Virus record (IMG/VR): IMGVR_UViG_3300031951_000777 | Location: 1 to 31,862 of that record | Direction: 5' to 3' (one strand) | DNA length: 31,862 nt | Source of the DNA: a virus | Taxonomy: Duplodnaviria > Caudoviricetes | Part shown: positions 1 to 5,839 of the stretch, one piece after another | How the letters are laid out: every line of letters starts with the position of its first letter | Position numbering within the stretch: position 1 is the stretch's first letter | Position numbers and translations under genes: made by a program | The notes under the pieces: generated by a model | Database searches by the model: none | Told to the model about the DNA's origin: nothing | What the model saw: the letters and a program-made list of their open reading frames with translations, nothing else

Positions 1-66
1 AGCATCCAGCGCTTTGAATTCATGCCACGCGGCGCAGCAACCACCAGCGAGGAGCCTGTGTTCTGA
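1..66 (+). CDS. Partial CDS (3' end), probable single-stranded DNA-binding protein C-terminus
   Basis: Frame 1 reads SIQRFEFMPRGAATTSEEPVF*: a strand resembling the end of an OB fold, a short linker and an acidic tip ending in Phe, as in SSB tails. Only 21 codons are visible. Confidence 0.5.
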   Translation, partial: SIQRFEFMPRGAATTSEEPVF

Positions 67-218
67 TGAATCAAACCACACTTGATATTGCATTCAAGGA
101 GTGGTGGGAGGCGTCCTACGGGCGCCCTCCCGGCACCCATGCAGTCATGACACACGTGGCGTTTGCCGCGCACATTCTTGAACTCTTGGAGCTGATGCAA
201 GATGAGCGACCTAATTAA
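66..218 (+). CDS. Hypothetical protein, 50 aa (below ORF-track cutoff)
   Basis: ATG at 66 overlaps the upstream TGA (TGATG). Reads MNQTTLDIAFKEWWEASYGRPPGTHAVMTHVAFAAHILELLELMQDERPN*. Confidence 0.7.
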   Translation: MNQTTLDIAFKEWWEASYGRPPGTHAVMTHVAFAAHILELLELMQDERPN

Positions 219-423
219 CCACCCGCCGCATTACAAGCACGGCGACATTGAGTGCATTCAAGCCATCAAGTCAGCGCTTGGTGATACTGGATTCAGCGCC
301 TACTGCAAGGGCAATGTGATCAAGTACCTGTGGCGTGCCGAGCACAAGGGCAATGCCGATGAAGACTACGGCAAAGCTGACTGGTACATGCGTCGTTTGC
401 TATTGCATCATGAGCAGGTTTAG
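202..423 (+). CDS. DUF3310-like phage protein
   Basis: D.INHPPHY...IECI.AI...YCKGNVIKYLWR..HKG...D..KA.WY pattern typical of DUF3310. Confidence 0.85.
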   Translation: MSDLINHPPHYKHGDIECIQAIKSALGDTGFSAYCKGNVIKYLWRAEHKGNADEDYGKADWYMRRLLLHHEQV

Positions 424-601
424 AGCTGGCCACATCCCAGGCACTGCGGTGCTGACGCCGCAGAACGCTATTGACATCCGCCAACGTGCAGCTGGCGGCG
501 AGACCATGCTGAGCATTGCCATCACCTATGGCATCTCCATAGCGCACGTGAGCGACATCGTAAACCGCAAACGCTGGAAGAACGCTGAGCAACAGGTATG
601 A
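410..601 (+). CDS. Small helix-turn-helix DNA-binding protein, 63 aa
   Basis: In-frame ATG at 410 preferred over 335. LTPQNAIDIR...GETMLSIAITYGISIAHVSDIVNRKRW resembles the C-terminal HTH of phage HNH endonucleases, here without a nuclease domain. Confidence 0.65.
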   Translation: MSRFRAGHIPGTAVLTPQNAIDIRQRAAGGETMLSIAITYGISIAHVSDIVNRKRWKNAEQQV

Positions 602-930
602 CTCAAGAACACCCGATTACTCCGCCGCCTGAGCTGGTAAAGCAGTGGGCTATCTCAAGCCCGATTCAGCACTCGGATGAGTTGTGGGTGTATGAGCTAT
701 TCATCGCGCGCCAGGCCTCCCGCTGGGGTGCCGACCAGGAGCTGGAGGCGTGCTGTGAGTTTGATGCAACGGTTTACTCAACCGACTGTGCCGATAAGCT
801 TCGCCGCCACCGCCGCCCCAAGCCGCCGAGCTTGAAGGAGCAGGCGCTGGAAGAAGTAGGCGTCTTTGAAGGTATGGGCACATGCAACATCGACATCATC
901 CGCCGCGCTCTTGAATCCCTGCCCGATTAG
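598..930 (+). CDS. Hypothetical phage protein
   Basis: ATGA overlap with the upstream gene; 110 aa (MTQEHPITPPPELVKQW...RRPKPPSLKEQAL...IRRALESLPD). Confidence 0.75.
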   Translation: MTQEHPITPPPELVKQWAISSPIQHSDELWVYELFIARQASRWGADQELEACCEFDATVYSTDCADKLRRHRRPKPPSLKEQALEEVGVFEGMGTCNIDIIRRALESLPD

Positions 931-936
931 TCCGAT

Positions 937-963
937 CAACTTGTAAGCCGTACTTACACGTTG
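937..963. repeat. Imperfect inverted repeat CAACTTGTAAG-ccgta-CTTACACGTTG
   Basis: 11-bp arms with one mismatch and a 5-bp spacer; intergenic. Confidence 0.8.
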
Positions 964-976
964 CCCGAACGTGTCA

Positions 977-1001
977 AACATTCCGGAATTTCCGGACAGT
1001 T
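977..1001. repeat. Imperfect inverted repeat AACATTCCGGA-att-TCCGGACAGTT
   Basis: 11-bp arms with two mismatches and a 3-bp spacer; same AAC-N19-GTT span as the element at 938-962. Confidence 0.75.
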
Positions 1002-1015
1002 CACCTACTCAACCA

Positions 1016-1534
1016 ATGACCATCCTCTGCGACTACGAGATCAAAGCGCTGTGCAATGGCGGCATGGTGCAGAACTATGACGAGGCATTGATCAATCCCG
1101 CCAGCCTTGACCTACGGCTGGGTGACACGATCATGATCGAGTCGGCAGAAAACCTAGACATGCGCCCGCTCAGCATTGCAGGACGCACGGCAGAGAATCC
1201 CTACGAGTTGAAGCCTGGACAGTTCATCCTTGCTCAGACCATCGAGGTGTTCAACATGCCGGAGAATATCGCTGGCTTGTTTTTCCTCAAGTCCAGCCGC
1301 GCACGCGAAGGCTACGAAAACCTGCACGCCGGCTATGCCGACCCTGGCTGGCATGGCAGCGTTTTGACCCTAGAGCTGAAGAACAGTCGCCAGATACTGC
1401 CGCTGCCGCTATGGCCTGGATTAAAGATCGGGCAGATGGTGTTCTTCCGCATGAGCCAGCAGCCTCTCACCAGCTACGCCGAGGTTGGCCACTACAACCA
1501 GCACGGCAGCGTGATGGGCTCAGTGGCCGCCTAA
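1016..1534 (+). CDS. dcd: dCTP deaminase (trimeric dUTPase superfamily)
   Basis: IL.D.EI, INPASLDLRLG, KSSRAREG, AGYADPGWHG, LTLEL and GLKIGQMVF motifs. ATG at 1016 preferred over GTG at 971. Confidence 0.92.
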   Translation: MTILCDYEIKALCNGGMVQNYDEALINPASLDLRLGDTIMIESAENLDMRPLSIAGRTAENPYELKPGQFILAQTIEVFNMPENIAGLFFLKSSRAREGYENLHAGYADPGWHGSVLTLELKNSRQILPLPLWPGLKIGQMVFFRMSQQPLTSYAEVGHYNQHGSVMGSVAA

Positions 1535-1765
1535 CTCACGCGCGGCATCTAGGTGCCATTGCTCCAAACCGCTGCGTAGCGCTGCTGATGCCTCTTGCGC
1601 TAGCCAGTGGATTTGAGACCGCTGGCTTGCTTCTTGCTCAGCAAGTAGCAGCGCATACTCCAACAGGCCAGCCCAATCTGCTGCAGCATGTAACGCACGC
1701 AACTGCGCAGCATTGGCAGCGCCATGAAATTGTGCTTCCATTGTGTGAACTAACGGATTCTCCAT
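1520..1765 (-). CDS. Hypothetical helical protein, 81 aa, antisense between dcd and the sigma gene
   Basis: Fills the dcd-sigma gap exactly; amphipathic helical sequence. In-frame ATGs at 1777, 1765 and 1741, so the start is uncertain. Confidence 0.65.
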   Translation of the reverse strand: MENPLVHTMEAQFHGAANAAQLRALHAAADWAGLLEYALLLAEQEASQRSQIHWLAQEASAALRSGLEQWHLDAARELGGH

Positions 1766-2717
1766 GTCTGATGCCATTGGCGACTACTTAAACAGTATCG
1801 CTCGCTATCCACTTTTAACACCGCAACAAGAGATACAACTGGGTCGACGCGTCGCAAGGTGGAAAGAACTTAAGGATCTTGATAGACCCTTAACCACTCA
1901 AGAACGCCGTGAGTTGCGCAGTGGTGAACGCGCCCGCCAGCGGTTTATGCAGTCAAACCTGCAGTTGGTGGTGCATGTAGCCCGCAAGTACAGCAAGCGC
2001 AACAATCAGACACTGGAGATGCTTGATCTGATCCAAGAAGGCAACATCGGCCTTGCGCGTGCTGTAGAACTGTTTGATTACAGCCGCGGCTACAAGTTCA
2101 GCACCTACGCCTATTGGTGGATTCGTCAAGCCATTGGCCGTGCATTGGTGCAATATGACCCGATCATCAGGCTGCCGCTTGGTATTCACGAGATGCTGGT
2201 CAAGATCAACAAGACTGCACAGCTATTTGCGCAGGATCATGGCCGCACCGCAAGCATGTCAGAGCTTGCTGCAATGCTTGATGTGACGCCAGAAATCATA
2301 TCTGACACATTGCGTCAAGCGTACCGTGTCACCAGCCTCGACAAGCCAACGCAAGAAGATACATCTAACATCTTGGACCTAATCGCAGACGAGAAGCAAT
2401 ATGACGTTGAATACGACTGGCAGCTTGAGGTGCTCCGTGATCATTGCGAACAATACCTAGACGAACGCACTCGTGAAATTATCTATGCACGCAACAGCCG
2501 CAACCCTGTGCCGTGGAATGACCTTGAAAAGCGTTTGGGCATCTCACGCGGCCATATGTGCCAACTGCAGCTGCGCGGCATCAATCGGCTTCGTATGCTG
2601 ATAGGCAATCCGCTGGCAGGCACCCCACTTGGCGCCAACGATACAAAAGATAGGGAATATGTGGAGGGTATGCCTAGCGGGGATGTGCAAGGATCACCAG
2701 CAGGAATGGCAGGCTAA
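1764..2717 (+). CDS. RNA polymerase sigma factor, RpoD/sigma70 family (cyanobacterial type)
   Basis: Region 1.2 DAIGDYLNSIARYPLLTPQQEIQL; region 2 NLQLVVHVARKY, DLIQEGNIGL, GYKFSTYAYWWIRQAI; region 3 IRLP and SLD; diverged region 4. Confidence 0.95.
   Translation: MSDAIGDYLNSIARYPLLTPQQEIQLGRRVARWKELKDLDRPLTTQERRELRSGERARQRFMQSNLQLVVHVARKYSKRNNQTLEMLDLIQEGNIGLARAVELFDYSRGYKFSTYAYWWIRQAIGRALVQYDPIIRLPLGIHEMLVKINKTAQLFAQDHGRTASMSELAAMLDVTPEIISDTLRQAYRVTSLDKPTQEDTSNILDLIADEKQYDVEYDWQLEVLRDHCEQYLDERTREIIYARNSRNPVPWNDLEKRLGISRGHMCQLQLRGINRLRMLIGNPLAGTPLGANDTKDREYVEGMPSGDVQGSPAGMAG
1792..1797 (-). promoter_or_regulatory. Putative -10 element TACTGT for the 81-aa antisense gene
   Basis: GnTAnnnT lying 26 nt upstream of ATG 1765, matching the spacing seen at other - strand genes. 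Confidence 0.3.
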
Positions 2718-2796
2718 AGTGTTCTATCATCAGATGCTTGAATCCATCGCAACACCGCAAGTTCACGATCAAGCAGATAAGAATCCTGCCGATTGA
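2629..2796 (+). CDS. Small hypothetical protein, 55 aa (not in ORF track)
   Basis: TTG 2629 to TGA 2796: MAPTIQKIGNMWRVCLAGMCKDHQQEWQAKVFYHQMLESIATPQVHDQADKNPAD. It overlaps only the non-core tails of the sigma and HNH genes. Confidence 0.5.
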   Translation: MAPTIQKIGNMWRVCLAGMCKDHQQEWQAKVFYHQMLESIATPQVHDQADKNPAD

Positions 2797-3031
2797 ACCA
2801 CTGCTGCCATTCTTCACTGCCTTTGCGGCGGTTGCAATTACGGCACGCTGGCACCAAGTTTGCAGTTACCGTAGCGCCACCTTTATGGCGCGGTCTGACG
2901 TGATCCAACGTGTCTGCTGACTCGCCGCAATAGGCGCATTGATGTTGCCAAGCCCCAAAGATTTCTTGTCTGAATTTGTGTTTTGCACTGCGTTTTGGTA
3001 CGAGGTTTGCGCCATCAATGCAATGATCCAC
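2714..3031 (-). CDS. HNH endonuclease
   Basis: CAYC...TLDHVRPRHKGG...NLVPACRNCNRRKG: HNH motif with two CxxC zinc pairs. GTG start directly after the upstream TAA. Confidence 0.92.
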   Translation of the reverse strand: MDHCIDGANLVPKRSAKHKFRQEIFGAWQHQCAYCGESADTLDHVRPRHKGGATVTANLVPACRNCNRRKGSEEWQQWFNRQDSYLLDRELAVLRWIQASDDRTL

Positions 3032-3883
3032 TTAGACCGTCGGGCGACACGTAACATCAACGCCGCCCCGAGCGCGTGGTGTTAAATCAAGCCAGATGCC
3101 ACCAAGTGATTTTGGCATTACGATGCGCTCCACTGCCCATCCGCCAGTGCCACCAAACTCTTGCTTGTAAGTGCCGGTCTGCAGGTGCCAACGCTGCTCA
3201 ACCCATGCTTTGCCGTTATCGCTGATGCGATAGCACGGATGCGCCACGATGCTGCGTTCGTGGTTGTGACCGTTTAATACGATGTCAGCATCAGGTGCGA
3301 TCTGCGCATAGCGCCCGCCGCCCATCGTGCCCTTGGTGACAATACCGCCCCATGCACCATGGTGGAAGAACAACGTGCAGCGGCGGACGCCGCCACCTTC
3401 ACGCTCAAAGACAAAGCGCACAAATCCTTGATAGCCCATGTGCTCAGTGACTGCGCCATCGTTGCGCATGAGCCGGACTACGTTTTCTAGTGGGTCGATC
3501 TCTTGATTGTTGAGCACGGCAGTTTCGTGGTTGCCGTCACCCATCATCAGGATCATCTCGCCGTAGGGGTTCAGGAAATCCGCTGACTCACGAAAAACCA
3601 GATCAAAGTAGTTGCCGCCTAAGTGCTCTGGCCTGATGTCGCCTTTGCTGCCGCGACGATCTTTCTTGCCTTGCATCAAGCACATCACATCACCAAAGAA
3701 CAATGCCTTGCCACCGATGGACTTGCACTCTTCTAAATGTTGCTTGAGCAATCCACGGTTGCACTTTGGATTGTCTAGGTGAATGTCAGACGCTAGCAGG
3801 AATGTGACTGGTTCCTTGACGCTGGTGTAAGGAATGCGCACCTCTAGCAGCTCTGGCGATAATCGCGTGGATGTAATCGCCAT
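3032..3883 (-). CDS. Calcineurin-like metallophosphoesterase
   Basis: All five motifs are present: SDIH, GD, GNHE, HHG, GHNH. Confidence 0.9.
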   Translation of the reverse strand: MAITSTRLSPELLEVRIPYTSVKEPVTFLLASDIHLDNPKCNRGLLKQHLEECKSIGGKALFFGDVMCLMQGKKDRRGSKGDIRPEHLGGNYFDLVFRESADFLNPYGEMILMMGDGNHETAVLNNQEIDPLENVVRLMRNDGAVTEHMGYQGFVRFVFEREGGGVRRCTLFFHHGAWGGIVTKGTMGGGRYAQIAPDADIVLNGHNHERSIVAHPCYRISDNGKAWVEQRWHLQTGTYKQEFGGTGGWAVERIVMPKSLGGIWLDLTPRARGGVDVTCRPTV

Positions 3884-3907
3884 GCCGTTGGTAGCGGCTT
3901 ACACTGC

Positions 3908-3913
3908 AGTCTA
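3908..3913 (-). promoter_or_regulatory. Putative -10 element TAGACT
   Basis: Begins at the endolysin TAG stop; 24 nt upstream of ATG 3883. Confidence 0.45.
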
Positions 3914-4969
3914 GTAATCCCAACGCACTCTGGGCTTGCCGCGTCGCACCCCTAAATGCACAAATCCTTTAGGTGCGCCGTAGCCGAGTGAATAGGGCCA
4001 GTGATCATCGCACCAATCCTGCACGTGGTTGATGTTGACCTCGCGGATGTAAAAATCAACAGCTCCGACATTGGGCGCATCGTATAGGTGCTCGCTACCA
4101 CTAGCCCCTCCGACTGCTGCATTGATGGCACGCGGACGGTAGCCACTTGTAATCACAACAGGCTTGCCGCCAAACCTAACGCGAGCACGCTCAAGAAATG
4201 CCGCTAGCTCTGCTGCCGTGTCGAGCTGATATTGATGGTCAAAGCGTCGTGCTTCTTGAAACAATGCAAACTCTCCGAGCTGCACATGCGGCGTAATGCG
4301 CGCAGTGAAGGCGCTATCCGTGCTGAGCTTGGCCGGATCCTGTTGCTGCTCACCAGCCCATAGCCTGCCTTCTGCGCGGCGACGACGCAGCAAGCCTGCC
4401 TCTACGGCACTGCCTGGATTGCGGTATAGCTCCATTGCCTCTGGTACTGCTGCCCAATCCTTATCCCGCAAGCATCTGCTGATGGTCTCAAAGCCAGCGC
4501 TGCCGTAAAAGCCAGCGCCAAGGTTGTAGGCAAATGACAGCAACGCACATTGCTTGTTGCCGCTCATTGCACCCCAAAAAGGCACGCTGCTGCGGAGCTT
4601 TTCTGCAATGCGCTCTACTTCAACATCAAGCAATTGATCGGCGTCAATCACAGTAATCTTGTCACCGCGTTGCACCTTGCGGCCATCTGGATAGCGCGTG
4701 GTGCCATAGCCGATGGTTGCTACATCCCATCCATGTAGTGGATCGGGGTAGGCGCTTAGGTGCACGCCCTCAAACTCTTTAATGAGTTTTACCGCTGCGT
4801 CATAATTATGCAACTTGCCGCCAGCCTGCCAAGTCTTGTACCATGCTTGGCTGCGATCAAACACTTGCGGCGCTGTTTTTATTAGCTCTGCCTCAAGCTC
4901 AGACACCGCCGCCATTTGATGCGGTGTGCCGTGCTTGTAATACTTAAACAGATCGGATAGCTTGATCAT
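3911..4969 (-). CDS. Endolysin: GH24 lysozyme fused to a peptidase M15 domain
   Basis: EFEG...AYPD...TIGYG, FAYNLG and GLLRRRRAE (GH24), then SGYR, SEH, AVD and FVHL (M15 zinc ligands H-D-H). Confidence 0.92.
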   Translation of the reverse strand: MIKLSDLFKYYKHGTPHQMAAVSELEAELIKTAPQVFDRSQAWYKTWQAGGKLHNYDAAVKLIKEFEGVHLSAYPDPLHGWDVATIGYGTTRYPDGRKVQRGDKITVIDADQLLDVEVERIAEKLRSSVPFWGAMSGNKQCALLSFAYNLGAGFYGSAGFETISRCLRDKDWAAVPEAMELYRNPGSAVEAGLLRRRRAEGRLWAGEQQQDPAKLSTDSAFTARITPHVQLGEFALFQEARRFDHQYQLDTAAELAAFLERARVRFGGKPVVITSGYRPRAINAAVGGASGSEHLYDAPNVGAVDFYIREVNINHVQDWCDDHWPYSLGYGAPKGFVHLGVRRGKPRVRWDY

Positions 4970-5151
4970 CGCTTGACGAATGGGGTGATTACACCGGCAA
5001 GGATCTCAATGGCCCTATAAATCTTGACGACAGTCTTAGCAGCAGCAGTCAGTGCTGCATCGTCTTTTGGTGTTGGCGTCAGATTGACCACGATCAATGC
5101 CACGCCGTGGACTGCAACCGCTAAGGCGATGTAATCAGTGACGCGATCCAT
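4966..5151 (-). CDS. Putative holin
   Basis: 61 aa; hydrophobic N-terminal helix, TPTPKDD turn, second amphipathic helix, basic end; ATGA-coupled to the endolysin. Confidence 0.6.
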   Translation of the reverse strand: MDRVTDYIALAVAVHGVALIVVNLTPTPKDDAALTAAAKTVVKIYRAIEILAGVITPFVKR

Positions 5152-5153
5152 GG

Positions 5154-5405
5154 CTAGCAGGACGGTGGACGTACTTCCAGCTTAGATACCCTTTGCTCAA
5201 CGGTATTAAGGCGAGAGAAAAACTCCTTGCGATCTTCCTTAATATCCGAATGCAATACTTCTAATTGCGTTGCAATATGTTCAACGGCGCTCGTGAGGCG
5301 AATAACCGCATCACGTGCTTCGTCTGACTTGCGACTAAACCCCATTGCGCCCATAGCGGCAACTGAGATACTTGCGCCGGCCACTGCGGCTATGACTTCA
5401 ATCAT
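5154..5405 (-). CDS. Membrane-anchored coiled-coil protein (lysis module, holin-like)
   Basis: N-terminal hydrophobic segment followed by a heptad pattern (RLNTVEQRVSKLE); two genes upstream of the endolysin. Confidence 0.55.
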   Translation of the reverse strand: MIEVIAAVAGASISVAAMGAMGFSRKSDEARDAVIRLTSAVEHIATQLEVLHSDIKEDRKEFFSRLNTVEQRVSKLEVRPPSC

Positions 5406-5426
5406 GGCAGCATTGGCTACGGGTAT

Positions 5427-5432
5427 AGCTTA
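5427..5432 (-). promoter_or_regulatory. Putative -10 element TAAGCT for the lysis module
   Basis: Begins at the upstream TAA stop; 21 nt upstream of ATG 5405. Confidence 0.45.
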
Positions 5433-5564
5433 GCGACCCTGGCCCTTACGAAGCTTTCGAGTGCCGCGCGGCTTACTGCGCTTTCCGTTGCCTTGCCGGG
5501 TGAGCTTGGGCTTACCAGCTTGATGATCCAGCCGCCCAGTGCCGCTTTTTGCTTTAACAGCCAT
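5430..5564 (-). CDS. Small basic protein, 44 aa (not in ORF track)
   Basis: MAVKAKSGTGRLDHQAGKPKLTRQGNGKRSKPRGTRKLRKGQGR*; TGATG-coupled to the upstream gene and fills the gap. Confidence 0.8.
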   Translation of the reverse strand: MAVKAKSGTGRLDHQAGKPKLTRQGNGKRSKPRGTRKLRKGQGR

Positions 5565-5839
5565 CAGCAGTCCTCCGCGTCGGCGTACTCGGGTTGGCCC
5601 TTGAGCCAGGTGTAACCGATGGCCAGCGGGTTATCGCCGGGCTGCAGCTCGCCGGTGGGCGCAAACATTGTGCGGTCCCAGACCGGACTGGCATTCTCGT
5701 TGCGGGCATCAGCGTTCGCGTAATGCGAAATCTGAATCAGCGTTTGCTCCTTGTCGCAGCGCATCAGGGTGATGCGGGCGTAGGTATCGGCCATAGGGAT
5801 GCCGATGTTGGTCTGAGCCAAGGAAGTTGTGAGGGCCAT
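5564..5839 (-). CDS. Hypothetical protein, probable fibre chaperone or accessory
   Basis: 91 aa directly after the repeat fibre gene; ends YTWLKGQPEYADAEDC. Confidence 0.6.
   Translation of the reverse strand: MALTTSLAQTNIGIPMADTYARITLMRCDKEQTLIQISHYANADARNENASPVWDRTMFAPTGELQPGDNPLAIGYTWLKGQPEYADAEDC

Noticed and set aside
931-1001. The palindromes as intrinsic terminators or a mini-CRISPR
   Set aside because: There is no U-tract after either stem, and the two units are not direct repeats of each other.
971-1015. N-terminal extension of dcd from GTG 971
   Set aside because: Family similarity begins at ATG 1016; the extension is just the translation of the palindrome.
1016-1534. dCTP deaminase as a sign of modified-base DNA (dU or Z genome)
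   Set aside because: No purZ, datZ, thymidylate-synthase-like, glycosyltransferase or dedicated polymerase genes here; dcd alone fits ordinary dTTP supply.
1411-1791. + strand 126-aa ORF between dcd and sigma
   Set aside because: It overlaps dcd by over 120 nt and looks non-protein-like; the - strand 81-aa ORF fits the gap better.
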